Below, one piece after another: positions 1 through 14,813 of a DNA stretch of 64,000 nucleotides (its first letter is position 1; every line of letters starts with the position of its first letter). Below the pieces are notes generated by a model that ran no database searches, was not told where the DNA came from, and saw only the letters and a list, made by a program, of their open reading frames with translations. The translations under genes were made by a program, and so were the position numbers. Origin of the DNA: Mytilus trossulus (Eukaryota); assembly GCF_036588685.1 (NCBI RefSeq), contig NC_086376.1, positions 60,078,001-60,142,000 on the forward strand, written 5' to 3'.

Positions 1-3000
1 TGACCACACACTATGTCTGAATTTCTTTAGATAAATAGCAATTTGGGAAAACACTTATTTTAATCATTGAGAAGCTTAATATTACCTTAACAATAGATAG
101 TGTTTAAAACGCTCAGCTGAATTTACAGAGTTTTCTCCCTGTAGTGTTATGCACCACCTTAAATTCGGAAAACTCCAGCCAGACCCTCATATTAAGTATA
201 ACTTAAATATGATAATAAATAATTACTGCTTATTGAGGATTTTTAATGATTTTTTATTCCTTGAATAACAACAAATGTGCACGTTTTATATTTTGATAGC
301 ATTTGACTGTATGTAGCATGATAATAATTTATCCTTCATTTTGTAAATTTTCTTTAAAATTTATAGATATAACTGGAAATTTAAACAACATTTTTATATT
401 GATGTTAGTGCCACCTAGTTCTTCTAATTGTTTGTTTTTAAATTTTTAGGCTAATTTATTATTATACCCAATGTTTATCTACCGTACTTTCCTCTGATTT
501 TATATTCATACAATCATCTTCCTATTTACCTATAGATATTGGTTTTTTTTGGGGAAAGAGTATGTGTTGTTGGGTTATTGACTCATTGCCATGACCCTAC
601 GTGTCCTTTATTGATATTTTATTGCCTGAATGAGCAGTTGACTAGTGCAATGTACATGTTTATGTATGTTATTGTTCCCTAAATTTCAAATAATAAAAGG
701 TTCTTGTTATTTGCATAATTTAAAAACATTTATAGGTATTTACTTTTAGCACATTGCATAAATGATTGAATGGTACATGTTAAAATACAATATGGATATG
801 TTTTTATAAACCCTATTTAATTTAATACGTCAATTGTTGAATAAAATTATTTATTAAAATATGTTGGATGCTTTTATTACGCCTTATAAAGTATAGCAAC
901 AAAGAATTGGACGAAGACAACGATATGACAAGTAGTGATGGCAATACATTTTACAGTTGAAAGAACTTCATGCTTTGCTTGATCACTTTAGTTTCTATCA
1001 CTTCTAAAAATATATGAGAAATTTAGATTAAGTAAAATGCAACAATATATAATACGAACAGCATTTCTATTTTTCATCTTATAAAGTACCTAAAGGTAAA
1101 AAATTCCATTAAGATCAGAAACTTTAGCATCATGCTTTCATAGTCATGTATTACAACTTCACATAGCTTTGAGAGAATATGTCAGAAAAATTGTGTCTTT
1201 AAATGATTATTTATGATTTAACATGTGTCCACCAGAGAACATATGACACAAAACTTAAACTACTATAAGTACCTGTAGGACCTTCAACAATGAGTAAAAC
1301 CCATACCATATAGTCAACTGTATAAGGCCCAAATGTAAAACAATTCAAAAGAGAATACTAAACGCCTGATTAATTTACAAATTAATGAACGAAAAAACAA
1401 ATTTGATATACAGCAACAAAAAACAACCACTAAATCACAGGCTCCTGACCTTGGACAGGCACATACAAAATCACACAATACTGAACTCTAAGGAAAATTC
1501 AAAACTGAAAGTCCCATATCAAATGCTAAAGCACATCAAGCGAATGGAAAACCACTGTCATATTTCTGACATGGTGCAGGCATTTTCAAATGTAAAACAT
1601 AAGAAAACTGTCAACATCTGTTGAAAAAGGCTAAATTCATCAGATTTATACAAATCAGAAATACATCTAACAAAAATATCAGAGTGGATGTGGCAGGTTA
1701 CTTATACATCCCCACAATAAAAAGACACTGAATACAGATTTGAGAATACTCACAAGTAAGTTCAATTCCCAATAACAACTATTAAAAATATCATGCACCT
1801 TAGACTAAAATACAATTCAGAACACATCTAACTTCTAGTTTAGTTTGAAGATGTCAATAACAGTCAGAAAAATAATATGACCCTGTGCAATGCCAAGATA
1901 CAGGTATCGACACATTTAGAGCCATGAATATGCATATGTATATAACAAAAAGAATGTATTATGTTAGAATCATTAATGCATGTACTGGCATTGTCCCTGA
2001 TACACCCCTGGTAGGCATATTCACTTGTATCCTTTTACTAGTATTCTACTAGCAGAGGTCGCAAAACATTCGGAGTAGATTTCCCCATTATCATTTACTA
2101 ATTTATTCACTTGAATATACTATTTGATGGAATAATCCATTGCAGTGAGAGCGTTGTTTTATTCCAGATATCATTAATGTCTTGTGTAAATGCCTGCACT
2201 GCATGTCCATAACTGCCATTTGATTCCATTAATATGTGTATATACATAGAAGAGGCACAAACTGTCAACTTCATGGTCATTGATTTGACTTAAATTTTCA
2301 TGTTTGATTTAACATACTTAAACGTATATAAACTACAAAAAGTCTAAAATAAACAATTTACAATGTATGGACTCGATAAAATGTATCAATGTTTCGTATG
2401 TATTTTTGTTTCAACGTCATCTAAATAATCATCGAGATGAGATGACCTCCAAAGAATGCAAAGGATCAAATAACCTTATATAAACATATGTATAAACATG
2501 TTCTAATAGTGAAGATGTGCAATTTGGCTGTTCTAGGTCTGTTCGATTTCATATTGTAGGTTGAAAAAACAGGTTTGTTATCGTATTTCCCTGTGTAAGA
2601 ATGATTTTTATTTGTGGATCGTATCAGTCACCCAAATAAATTCTTTTTATCACTTTCTATGTTGATATTCTTATCCTTTTAATAGCTGAATACATGCGTA
2701 ACCCATCTCCAGTCGTTAGTGATGTTACTTATATTATTTTGAATAAATCAAACTAAATGGCTTCTAAAAGTTAATAAGTATTTCATTATATCACTTTCAT
2801 TAATGATGGAACAAAGAAAATCACCTTTGTTTTGTATATCTCGCAGCTAGGACCAATTTAAAACTACCAAATTATCAAACAGAACACCAAGGTTTTAGAT
2901 TAGTTTTTGTTCCAGTGCTGAAAAGGCATCAACAAGTTTGTTTGGTATCGAATGATTAGTGTCTCAATGGCATACTCATCAATTTCGCTTTATTGATATT

Positions 3001-3609
3001 GTCATAGTAAATTCTGTGTTAATGTCGTGAATTGAATCAATGTAATCTAAAAACAAACTGACATGTCAAAAATAATAAAAAAATGACATGGATTTTAACA
3101 GTTTCTGCATGGATGTCTGACAAGAATTTACTAATTTCACTTCTTATAACTTGTTTCAACTCTCTTTGATAATTGACATATGTGTAGTAACGTACACCAA
3201 ATAAACACGCACGGACAGTTAGTACACAGACTAATGCTCATCAATGTTAGAAAGCCTTATTTTATTGACAATTGAACATGAAGGATAGGATTACTGACTA
3301 CATGTTACTGACTTTAATAAACTTGATGGTCATAATCGAACATGATTTTGTAAAGGAGATATTTGTTGACTGTCATTCCCCACCGGTACAATCCACCCAG
3401 TATTGACATCTAAATGATACATTTGATTGTGTTTTTTCCTCTCATTTTCCAAGTTAACGTGATCTTGGATTATTTTGACTATTATGTTTATTCTTTTTTT
3501 AATTCGCCTCGTCAAAGGGACGGAGTAAGCTATACATTACTTTGCAGTTAACCATAATCGCGCACGATAATAAACATGCCCCCTATTGACGGCGTTGGGG
3601 AGATGTTTT

Positions 3610-3767
3610 CAGTGGCGGATCCAGGAATTTTCTTAAGTGGGGGCCCACTGACTGACCTAAGAGGGGGCCCACTTCAGTCACGCTTCAGTGATTCCCTATA
3701 TAAGCAACCAAATTTTTTCCCAAAAAGGGGGGGCCCGGGCCCCCCGCCCCCCCTAAATCCGCCTCTG
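3610..3767. mobile_element. 158-bp GC-rich MITE with imperfect TIRs and a 5-bp target duplication
   Basis: Starts CAGTGGCGGAT and ends ATCCGCCTCTG (reverse complement, 1 mismatch); GTTTT on both sides (3605-3609, 3768-3772). Confidence 0.75.
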
Positions 3768-4049
3768 GTTTTGAAGCTCCCAATTGATTTAACGCACAAT
3801 ATACAAGATATATCTTCCAGTTGGTTCCAATGGATCACAGTCTTAAGGAGAATGAGTTCTTAAAATGCTTAGTTTAACAGTTTGTTATATCAGTTGCCTT
3901 TGAGTTGTTTTTAACCGAGTTGTTTAATTTATTAGTGCTTTCAAATTCTCCAAAGTTTGATAAATGATAATCCTTATAGTTTGGTTTTGCCTTTAACAAA
4001 AAATTTGTCAGGGGTTCTAGTTGGGACCAAAACCTTGAACCACTTTTAA

Positions 4050-4900
4050 CAGCAATGCCAGTCATTGGCTTGTTCTTCTGAATAATCGAGGTGTTAGCGT
4101 TTAAACAGTCTCTTGGCAGTGATCCAGTTTTTATTGACTTTTTGTATATTATTGCAAGTCCTTGTGCTAGATGTTTAGAGCACTGGTTGAAGATTCTGTT
4201 TGAAATTCCCTCTGGTCATGATGCCTTTGATGGATTTAGCTGTCTAACATTATTTCAACACCTTCATGTTTTATTTCAAAGGATGGGATTGAGGTCTTAC
4301 TGTATTTTTATGTTTACGGTAGTGTTTCGTGGTTGTCTCTAATGAATACCGATTTGAATTGTTGTATCAGTAGTTTGCCTGTTGTTTTCAAGTTTGTCCA
4401 TTATGGGGTTGTTGATGCATTGCTATTCAGCCTTTATAACTTGTGTTTCGAATTCTTTTTTGAAATGTTTGTAGATTGACCAGTTCGTTGTTCCCTTTGC
4501 TTGTTTGTATAGACTGTCTTCCGTATTGAACATTTTCCTCATTTTGTTATCTATCCAGGGTAAGCTTGTTTTAGAGCGGACGAGTTTTGATGGTATGTTT
4601 TTGTCCACATTTTTTCGTATTTGAATGTTTTCGATAATTCTTGTACAGTAGCATCACTTTGGGTTGACAGTTTATTCATTTTTATTGAAGATTTTCTCCA
4701 TTTTCCTTTTTTGAGTATATGTAGCATTAACTTGGCCGTTTTCTCTGGTTTTGTATCACAGTCTGTTATTATCATGTCGTAGTCAGATATTCCAGGAGAG
4801 TTTGTTGATGTTTTGATAAGTGAATGGTTGGTGGTTACACTTTTTTTTAAGAGGTATTCACCTCTAGGTGGTGTTTCATGTATCTGAGTAATTGATGAAG
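4050..4900 (-). mobile_element. Decayed CR1/L2-like non-LTR retrotransposon ORF2 (end of endonuclease to pre-RT region)
   Basis: Minus-strand fragments TTNHSLIKTSTNSPGISDYDMII (PGISDHD-like), KTSLPWIDNKMRKMF, and NPSKAS*PEGIS (KASGPDGI-like), with stops and frameshifts. Boundaries approximate. Confidence 0.7.
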
Positions 4901-7900
4901 TTTGTTTTCCTGAATATCTAGGAAATATGCAAGGTGTCTATTCTTAAAAATCTGTTATGGTGGCTGATGTTCTGTTGTTCCCTTTTTATATTTTGATTTG
5001 ATCTGACGGTCGTTTTAGAAATTTGGTGAATAGCTGATTACGCTGTAATTGATTTCTATGACATAAAAGTTTAATTAGATGATTTGGTCTGCTAGTACAC
5101 ACCCTGGTCTAAATATTCTTTTGGTGATTTATGTTCTCGATGACATTTCCAGTGGTAGACGGAATAGACTGGTGTTTCATGACGGCTATCTTACTTTTGC
5201 CTTATTGCTTTGTCAATTGAATTATTTAATTGTAATATTCTACATGGCGGTTTATTGTTTTATCAATGTGTTTGTTGGTTGATATATATTTCTTGTTGTA
5301 TGCTGCTAAATCAAAGCTACCTCCAAATTGCTCTAAGTTTTGAGGTTTTTGTTGTAAAGTTTTTAGCCAATTATACATATATCTATATGTATATTATCGA
5401 TCTGTAATTTTTGCTCTGTTTCTTCACAATATCATTTCGTTTTCAACGGTGTGAGATCTTGTTGGTATGTTCTTGTAGCCAATTTCCTTTACTGTCTGCA
5501 AATACGGAAACATTATTACTTCATTTTACGACCAAGAGACTATCGATGATACAGTTAAGTCTTGCGTTGGCTTCAGAGACTGGTTTTAGCGAAATCAAAA
5601 ACGGAAAACGAAACCACTTTTGCTTTTCATTTTGGTTTTAAAGAAATCAAAAACAAAAACACTCTTCTTTTTTGTGTTTTGTTTTTGATATTTCAAAATA
5701 AAAAAAAAAATTGACGCAAATATACACTGACCGTGATGTATCCACTATTTTGGTTTTAAACTTTGTAGCAGTGTTTGTCTTCTCACATGGATGACAGATC
5801 GATAATCACAAGAAAACAAACAGATAAATCAGTAAAACTTTAACACACTCATAATGACCGACTTATTATCACTTTATTCATTGAAAGTGTTTTAGTTATG
5901 CAAAAAAACAAAAACAAAAAACAAACAAAATAACTATTAAACAAGGTTTGATTGATTATGTTTATTGGTTAAAATGTTTACTAAACAGGAAACTGTAACA
6001 ATAAGTACCACCCACATAAACAATACAAAGAATCTAAATGAGAATCAAAATTCTTTTAATTTATCTTAATTAAAAGATAGAATATATTGTGTTAATCCCA
6101 TGTATTAATTGCTGTCGCAAAAGGCATACACGTACAAGGAAAAATTAAAAATCAATATATTTCAATTTTGTTTTGGAACCTACGATTCAATAATAAATTG
6201 AAGACAGACTTCTTTAGATACTCTTATAGCCAAGCTAGTAAGAATTTTTCAGGCTATGGGACTTCCTGGTGAATACCTACCTAAATGAGGATTTGGAATG
6301 CTACATATCTTGTTTTGTCGAGTATGATAGCGCGTTGTCGATGTTGAATGCTGTACGTAATGACTTTTAGTCATTCGCCGACAATAATGTAAAATCAACC
6401 TCGAACACTTGAAAGATTAGACGGCCTTTGCTGGTATTACTCTGCAGACATCCATGGGTTTCGATAGTTAAATTCAGATGTGTAGATTTAAAGAGAATCA
6501 AAGCGAAGTATCTCACAAGTAATCTTATTTTTTCTGAACAGTAAGATAGATATTATTTACTGTGTTTTTCGTGTTTTAGTATTGTTAATATTTGCTATAA
6601 ATATGACGGACATTGGGTCATCATGAATACCTTATATATGTTGTGTACAAGTTGTAATGATTTGTACAGATTTTTTGTACCAGTAATCAGTGTTTTATGA
6701 ACTGCTTGACACAAATGGATACATGATACAATCTAATACTTAGCATTAATTAAAAAAACAAATTATACGACAACAAAAAGGCTTTTTGAGGATATGAATA
6801 TGGTATCATGAGAAAAATAAAATTAGAATTTGAACCATTCAGATATCCTCATTTCAAATTTGAGGACAAGGAAAATAGCAGTAATTGTAAGGTTGAAATA
6901 TATGAATTAAACTAGTACATTTTAAAAGATAATTCTGTATCACATGGTGCAAGATGGTATGTGTTAAAAAAAAATAATTACTTATACAAAACCCTGTACA
7001 AATTATAATCTATACATACCTACATCCTGTACACAACATATATAACAGAAACGATGCTGAATTTGCCAGGGAAATCCATTTTTACCTCATTTGTTGACGC
7101 TAAGCTACTGATATATTTTCATTTCGTGCTCCTTTTTCTACTGATGTACCATATCATCTTGTTTAAATGATTTAATCTTATTCAAAGTTCTATTCTCGCT
7201 GATTGTTGCACTTTTTTTCTGTCGGTAATGATGGGAATGTTTATGTTATTGATTTTTGTCATTGAGTCACCTTAACAGAATACGCATTAGAGGAGAGAGG
7301 AGGGGACTCCTGTTCGAAATACCATCGAATGATTATTTCTGAATTTTTTTTATAATCGAAGGCTTTTGTACTATAAAGGTCGAAATAAAGGAAATATGTT
7401 AATTTCAAAGGCGAGATAACTCGAAGGTATGCAGTTGCAGCTTATTTTGTGATTTAAGAGTCAATTTTATTCAACGAACCGACAGTTTGCGAAGAGCCAT
7501 TACCCATTTCATGATGTGTACCCATAAAAAAAACCATAATATGCGTATTCCTTAGAATTTTTTTTGATCGGAAATTGTTATTTAAATTGATTTTTTAATT
7601 ATACATTTTTCTAATCACCTGATGCCGCTGGTATTTTTTTCCAAGGTTTCGGTCATTGTTCAAGTGAGTTCCCACTGAATGAATTACCTACTATTTCAAC
7701 TGAAATTGATATTTTTCAATATAATATTACCAATTTTCTAAATGACCTTTATAAATTTAACAATGCCGCAAGATTTAGAAATTTTTCAAAATTTATTGTG
7801 TCATGAATTTATTCAGGCTCATCTGAATTTTCTGACGAGGTGAACGCAAAGAAAAATGTTCTGGAAAAAAATTTGCTATGCATTCCTACCAAATTAACAA

Positions 7901-8285
7901 AAAAGTGCATTTGTTTTGAAGACATCAGAAAATTAAAACAATCCTTATTAAAAGTATGATCAATTAAACTTAAACTTAAATTTTATTCGTATACTAGTAT
8001 GGAGAAACTTATAAGAGAAATTGTACAAACACTTGTATAAATTCGATTCGTTCGTCATAATACTAAGAGGAGAACATTTTAAAAACAAACGAAAAACTAA
8101 TTTGAATATTTTCTGTATCGTACCAAATGACTTATTGTCACTGGTTAAAAATGATGAACAAAATGACAAATCACGTATATTTGATATTTAAAAATCTTGT
8201 AGAATTAGAAAATATTTGTTATACGAATCTAATAACTATCGCTGGAGGGCGTTAGGAAACGTCGATGAACAAATTAGTGTGTAAA

Positions 8286-8428
8286 ATGGAAATTGTCATA
8301 TTTTGTATTATTTTTATTCAGTTTTCTTGTGCAGTATATGTCCAGACACAATATGGATGGGTACGGGGAGTACGTTCCAGTGATGCGATCTCTTTTTACG
8401 GAATTCCATATGCACAACAACCTAGACG
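8286..8428 (+). CDS. Carboxylesterase/cholinesterase-fold protein, exon 1 (signal peptide + N-terminus)
   Basis: MEIVIFCIIFIQFSCA-VYVQTQYGWVRGVRSSDAISFYGIPYAQQPR; FxGIPYA motif; donor GTAAGA, phase 2. Confidence 0.9.
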
Positions 8429-9089
8429 GTAAGATTAGTTTAGACTCATTAAATAATAATCGAATGTTTCCGAGTTTTCTGCATATCCTTCTACGCTATT
8501 GTTTCTTTTACGAACCATGTTTTATAATTTTCATGTGATTTTTTTTACCGCTAAGTCTTTATTTTTTAAAATCCTGATTTTTCTTTCTTCCGATGTATTT
8601 ATAGTTTTGACGATATTTGATGTTTTCGCAATCGAATAATAACAGATTCTTTTTTATAGTGATTAAGATTATAACACAATATTGACTGCTGTATCTCTTT
8701 TTTTGCCTTTTGATGTCTGTTTTTTCTCTCAATATAATGGAATTTGATGCGACTGTCATACAAGTGAGAGGTTTAGCTAGCTACAAAAATCATGTTTAAT
8801 CCACCTTTTTTCTACACAAGAAAATCCCTGTACCAAGTAAGGAATATGACAGTTGTCGTCCATTCGATTGATATATTTGAAAATTTGATTTTGCCATTTG
8901 GTTAGGGACTTTTCGTTTTGAATGTTCATCGGAGTTTGTTGTTTTCGTGACAGAACCTTTTTTGTATTTTCATTAGCGTCTCAAAATATGCGTCATTTAA
9001 CAATACCCTTGTTATAGGAAAAATCTGTATATAATTTGGCGAAAAATCGTGTATATCTACCGTTTCCACACACACACAATAAACCCATC

Positions 9090-9190
9090 TTTATTTCCTA
9101 TCTATCTTTCACCTCAAATGACAATTATATATCTCCCAATTGATACGATATTCCAGGGCTTGTATTTCCTATCATGATTTCTTTGATACG
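9090..9190 (+). mobile_element. Short Penelope-like retroelement RT relic
   Basis: From 9128 it translates as YISQLIRYSRACISYHDFFD, a motif I recognise from the C-terminal RT region of invertebrate Penelope-like elements. Confidence 0.6.
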
Positions 9191-10546
9191 AAATTTCATT
9201 GCCGAACATCTATCAAATAAGGGGAGATATTTAAACTATTGTAAGCGGTACTCAGAATTTAACTTCGACAAATATAGATATTTTGCTATATATGGCAAAG
9301 GTTTCAGGCCATTTGAAAGTGTTTTTTTTTTTGCAATTTAACGTTTCGTCAGAAAAACTTATACATTTTTCAATAATATGGAAAATTTAATGCTTAATGT
9401 GTAAGTTTGCGGACAAACAATTTGTGTGAACAATTTGTTCTGTAGGCCCTTTCCACGTTCCAATACAATACATAACTTGTAGTATTGCTGAGAGGTTTTT
9501 TTATGTGACCACAAATGGATATATTGCTTTCCTTTCGTACTCTTAACTAAAAAATATAATATCTGTATCTTTGATCATGTAGCTTATGTCTACATCGTCT
9601 TTTCACTATATTACGTTTACAATGGAAAGAGATAGTTGAAGCATCAAGAACAAAAAATAAAGATGTAGATAATAAAGAAGATATGGTATGATTTGACGAC
9701 TATCAAACAAACTCAAAATTACAATCACGCGAACTCAATAATAAACATAACCAATATCGAACTCAGCTTTAAAGGCCCGGCATGACAAAATGTGAAATAA
9801 TTCAAACAAACAAAAGCATTTGCCTTATTGAAAACAAAACAATAAACGAAACACTAATATGGAAGCAACCAACGTCAACCACTGCATTACAGGCTCCTGA
9901 TGTTTTTTCTGTGTTGTATTGATCTGAATTTTACTTATAGGGGAGAATTGGGCGCCCATAAACAATTTCAAATCATCTGCTTCTGGTAGGTAACAACTCT
10001 CTATTGATTCTGTTTTGTAATACAAAATAAATTCTTTATTATTTTGTTGGTACCTTCAAACATATTTAACCCCGCCACATTCTTTATGTACCTGTCTAAA
10101 GTCTGGATCCTGTAGTTAAATGGTTGTCGTTGGTTCATATCTGTCATGTTGTTTTTCGTAAAATGTTTCATTATTATTAGGCCATTATTTTCTCATTTGA
10201 ATTGTTACATATTTTCCATGTCGCAGCCTTTTATAGCTGTCTATACGGAATGGGTTTTGATAGATGTCACAATCAAATGAATGGTGGGTACATCAATGGC
10301 ATCTGTTAAATTCTTCAATTTCTGAAATAACAGGTGGTAAACTGTAGATTCATAAAAACTAGTATATATTTAAATATTCAGTTCTGGTATCAGTACTATT
10401 ATTCATGCAAGACCAATATGAAGGGTGTGGTACATCACATGTATTAAAAGTGGATATACACTAAAATGACATGTTTCGAAATTACAGGGAAAAAATGAGA
10501 ATAATCCAAATCTGACACCCTTTTATGACATTTGTCAACTTGGAAT

Positions 10547-10670
10547 ATGGTCCCCAATGCTTTTCAACTTTGTACTTTATTTGGCCTTTTAAACTTTTTT
10601 GATTCGAGCGTCAATGATGAGTCTGTAGTAGACGAAACGCTCGTTTGACGCATATATAAGATTTCAATCC
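10547..10670 (+). repeat. Solo degenerate fragment of the 356-bp hammerhead repeat family
   Basis: gcgtca-ATGATGA-gtct-gtagt-agac-GAA-acgctcgt-t-tgacgc at 10608-10651; core C3 is mutated to A. Confidence 0.7.
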
Positions 10671-11087
10671 TAATTTATATATTCAATTGTAATGTCTTGG
10701 TTTGATATGAACTTAACGGTTTACGTGTAAATCAATCTTTATTTTTTTGTATATTCTACCTGATCTTATTACGTTTTGAGAAGGTCAAGCATTGAAAAGA
10801 GAACAAGCGACAATACATAAAACACAATCATAGCTGCTACTAAATTCTAATAAGGATACATCAGGATATAACTTACAAACAATGGGATAGTACACTCTTA
10901 GTCAGTCGTCTAATGAACAATTTCAATCTAATGCCTTTTAGTATGAGTATCATTTATCATTCCAGAATGACAGATTAATATTTACTGAACCCATGATGCG
11001 GATTAAATAAAAGCGTTTTTTTTTTATAAAATCGTGAACTTTACCGTAGTTAAAATTATTTAGATGAGATTTCTTTTTCTTTTGTAG

Positions 11088-11208
11088 ATGGGAGCATGCC
11101 ATCCACCCTATTCCATGGGGCGGAGTTTTAAATGCCACCAAACCACGACCAATGTGTATACAGCCACCATGTGGCAGATTAGATCCTCCAGGAATGTGTC
11201 AAGAAAAT
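11088..11208 (+). CDS. Carboxylesterase-like exon 2
   Basis: tttgtag acceptor; (R)WEHAIHPIPWGGVLNATKPRPMCIQPPCGRLDPPGMCQEN; GTAAGT donor; phases 2 to 0 fit the neighbouring exons. Confidence 0.9.
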
Positions 11209-11289
11209 GTAAGTATTGGTCACATCAGATTCAAATATTTTACGGTAACAAATTAAAAAAAAGTCAAAAACAGACTCAGGATATACATT

Positions 11290-11490
11290 TAATTAGTTAT
11301 CAAAGGTAATTAAGTACGCTAAACACGCGTTTCGTCTTCATACGACTCAGCAGGGATTTGTAGATGAAAATAGTTATAAAGCCAAACAAGTACAATGATG
11401 AAGAGCATTGAGGACCCAAAATTCCAAAAAAATTGTGCCAAATACGGCTAAGGTAGTTTATTCCTGGGGTAAAAAAATCTTAGTTTTTAA
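11290..11490 (-). repeat. Degenerate antisense fragment of the 356-bp hammerhead repeat family
   Basis: gaagagcattgaggacccaaaattccaaaa..gtgccaaatacggctaaggt is the reverse complement of part of the 57095-58135 unit. Confidence 0.75.
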
Positions 11491-11675
11491 ACACGAAAAG
11501 CACCGATGAAATGTATAGATATATATTATAATCAAATGTCTGACGCATTTGTTTGTTTTGGTTTTTGTTTGTCGTCATATAGTTGATGGGTTTCCCTCAG
11601 TTTTGGTTTCTGACCCGGATTGTTTATCTTTTACATTAAACATTTTCTAAAGATTCTCTCACATATTTTTTTCAG

Positions 11676-11865
11676 ATGTCAGAAAACTGCCATTTTGTGA
11701 ATGTATTTGTGCCTTTGAATGCTGGACAAGGAAATAGAAAGACGGTGATGGTATTTATACATGGAGGAGATTTCCAGTCTATGTCCGGTGGTGCTCCTGC
11801 ATTTAATGGGGAACATTTTGTCAATAAAGGAGATGTTATATTGGTAACATTCAATTACAGATTAG
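11676..11865 (+). CDS. Carboxylesterase-like exon 3
   Basis: MSENCHFVNVFVP...VMVFIHGGDF...DVILVTFNYRL(G); SEDCL-like, HGG and NYRLG motifs; phases 0 to 1. Confidence 0.93.
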
Positions 11866-14769
11866 GTTAGTATTATATTCTTTCTATTGTATGATTACAT
11901 TTCAAAACAAGAGTTTACAGTTTAATCTACATTCAGAATTTCAGAAGACATTATTAGCTCATCTGCCTAAAAAGCTATTACTATTGGAGCATATGCAATG
12001 GCTCTGGGGTCCGTCATAAAAATAAGCAAAGTCTTCTCCTCCAAGTTCTCTATCAATTTTAACCAAACTTCAACATTTGCTTACATCCAATTCATTTGAA
12101 CTTTGGTGGATAGTTGTCTCATTTGCAATTATACCACATATCATATTTTCGTATTGGCTGAATGATTCGTAGTGTATTTAGTATGAATTTTGTGTTCCGT
12201 TAGTCAACAAACATGGCCGCCATATCCAGAAGTAGTACATAGGGATAAAAGGCATTGATCGTTTTAAATCTCTAAAACAATAACAAATAGAGAATGATCA
12301 GAAAAAAAAGGGGAAAAATGTAAGAATGTCACGCTTTACCATCTTCTTTTGTCATCCAAATTATCAGATGTCTACTGAAGGATATTTTTAGATTAAATTT
12401 ATAAGAGTTATTGCAAAAATGATGATTTTTGACTAAATTTAGCGTATTATCTGATATAAATAATTCACCGTACGACTTTCATTAATTAGCAATAACCCTA
12501 CTGCATATTATGCTACAAAAGGCATGACATGACAACAAATTTCAAAAGACACAACCAATGACATCGCCTGATAATAGTACAAAATGAAAATTGAAAAAAA
12601 CAATTATGATGGACAGACCAACCGTAACTGCAACATCATAACCACAGGATCATTAATTGGAACAGGTACATATATAATGTTGCAGAGTTAAGCATGTTCC
12701 CGACCTCACAACCCTCCCATAACACTGGACAGTGGCATCACACCTATCATATTGTATCTTATTTTATTCATTTCTAACATTACTTTATTTTTTTTATAAA
12801 CATAGAGGTAAAAAATCTAAACAATTCAGGATTAATTACAAAAAATGTCCTCATACAATTGTTCAGGTAAATAGGTAATGCTTTTACAAAACAAGTAATA
12901 ATTTGTCAATCATAATGTAATACAAAACTAATTAATGTATCTTATTCATATTTGTTGTTATCAAATTTTTAGGTCATAAATTACACGAAATTATAGTTTT
13001 TGTAATTATTTGCATGTACGTATCAACTAATTATGACAACGTTAAGTAACTGTTAAGATATATTGTAATGATATATTTGAAAATATAGGATCGAGTCTTT
13101 ACCTTACACTATAATGTAGATCTTACCTTATGAAAAGCTCTGATTCCTTAAGCGGGTTTGGCTATACTTAGTTTTAAGTTTAGGTGAATAGCTCTTCATT
13201 TTCTTAATAAGCTTTTAAAACATGAAACAAAACTTGTTATACATGGTGACTTTGTCTTTGGTTAACATGTCACCATAGCTCATTCAAAGGCAAAGAGACA
13301 AGAAACACGATTTGTAATACATATTGACTCTTGTTTGCGAGATGTGTCACCATACTCTGCACAAAACACATTAGTTCAAAATACATTTTTTTAGATGTAT
13401 GATTCGATTAAACTAGAAAAGTATCCGTGGATCATAATGCTTCATTTAAACTATAACAACTCTATGTTCAGATAACACAGAAATCTGTGTCAAAACTCAA
13501 TTTGAACATATCATAGGGAATATAAGTATTGAGCTAAGTTGTTGTGATTCTGATACGAAATACTAAAAGTAGATGAATGCACAAACATAGGAACGACCAC
13601 ACGAAACGGGAAACGTAGAATTATTTAAATAAAAATTGAACCTGGGCAAAAATTCGAAATGTAACCTGTACACTTCAGATGTAAACATGCCGGGGTTTAT
13701 TTAGATCTAAATAAATCTACTAATAGTCCAGTTAACTTTTATGGAATTTGAGTCTAAAGTTAGATATTTTATTTTGCAACGGCAAGTAAAGGTGTGCATT
13801 TTGTACCGATTGTAATACCGACAGTGTTGAATTTTCATCCCCCAACTTAAAAAGTCCAGCATTTTGAAGATATAAGCTTCAAATGTATTTGTGAAGTACA
13901 AAGAGGTCTGACAGACACATTGTGACATATGTAGAACTTTTAAGTGAGAGAGTTCAGAAGTGAAAACAAAAATGTATAACAGATGTTGTTACACGAACAA
14001 AGAGATGTGAGACTGACCGATAATGCGGAGTAGATCTATGATTTTATACATCTATGGTGGAGCAAAGAATTGGGACAATGCTGATGTGGAAATACACGTT
14101 AAACAAATATACGCGGGAGTCATAAGTAATAAAATTAAATGAAAGATAAACTCTAACGTATATAGAACAAACAGATATAAGAGTTTTCAAGCAAAAATAC
14201 AATAACATGAAAAATGACATCAACAGATCGAAGAGGTATGTACTGCTACCCTTTTTTTTTAGAGTGATATTTGTGGCACGGACTCCTAGTGTTGGAATAA
14301 GAAATAAGAAAAACCAATAACATGAGAGATACATTGTCACATATGTATAACTAAGAGGTTTGAGAATCCTGATTTGGTAAAACAATCAAATACAATGTTG
14401 CATAGGTACAGCAAATAAACATATAGTGGTTACATGGAAGAACAACTACAATAGAGAAACAATGTGACAAAAACATTTCATAGATACCGGTCTTATAATT
14501 TATGACGCCGTATACAAACGTTTTGTCTACATAAGACTCGCCAATTGCAAACCATTTTGGAATATCAATTCAACTTACAGTTTGAAGAAAAACAAAAATC
14601 CGAACAAATCCAAAAATTCAGGTAATTCAACAATTAGGAAAAGCATATCACAGAAAATTGATTCATATCAACACCACTTCTACGGACTGTTGGTCGGGTT
14701 TTACGAAATGTCCACCAACAGTGCCATCGACCAAGTGTCAGTAATAAAATCAACGGTACCAATTTTGTT

Positions 14770-14813
14770 GCACCAGATGCGCATTTCGACAAAACATGTC
14801 TTTTCAGTGATGC
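14770..14813 (-). ncRNA. Type I hammerhead ribozyme, probably inactive copy
   Basis: Same fold as 15120-15163, but the core reads CUGAAAA (G8 to A). Confidence 0.65.

Noticed and set aside
1-162. Possible terminus of a TTAA-flanked DNA element (..gcaccaccTTAA)
   Set aside because: The other end lies outside the window, so TIR and TSD cannot be verified.
3576-3863. 95-aa Pro/Gly-rich ORF
   Set aside because: It runs through the GC-rich MITE and has no domain or splice support.
6285-6347. ATG-started hydrophobic stretch MRIWNATYLVLSSMIARCRC as esterase exon 1
   Set aside because: It ends in TGA after 20 codons, and the exon at 8286 already supplies the ATG and signal peptide in frame.
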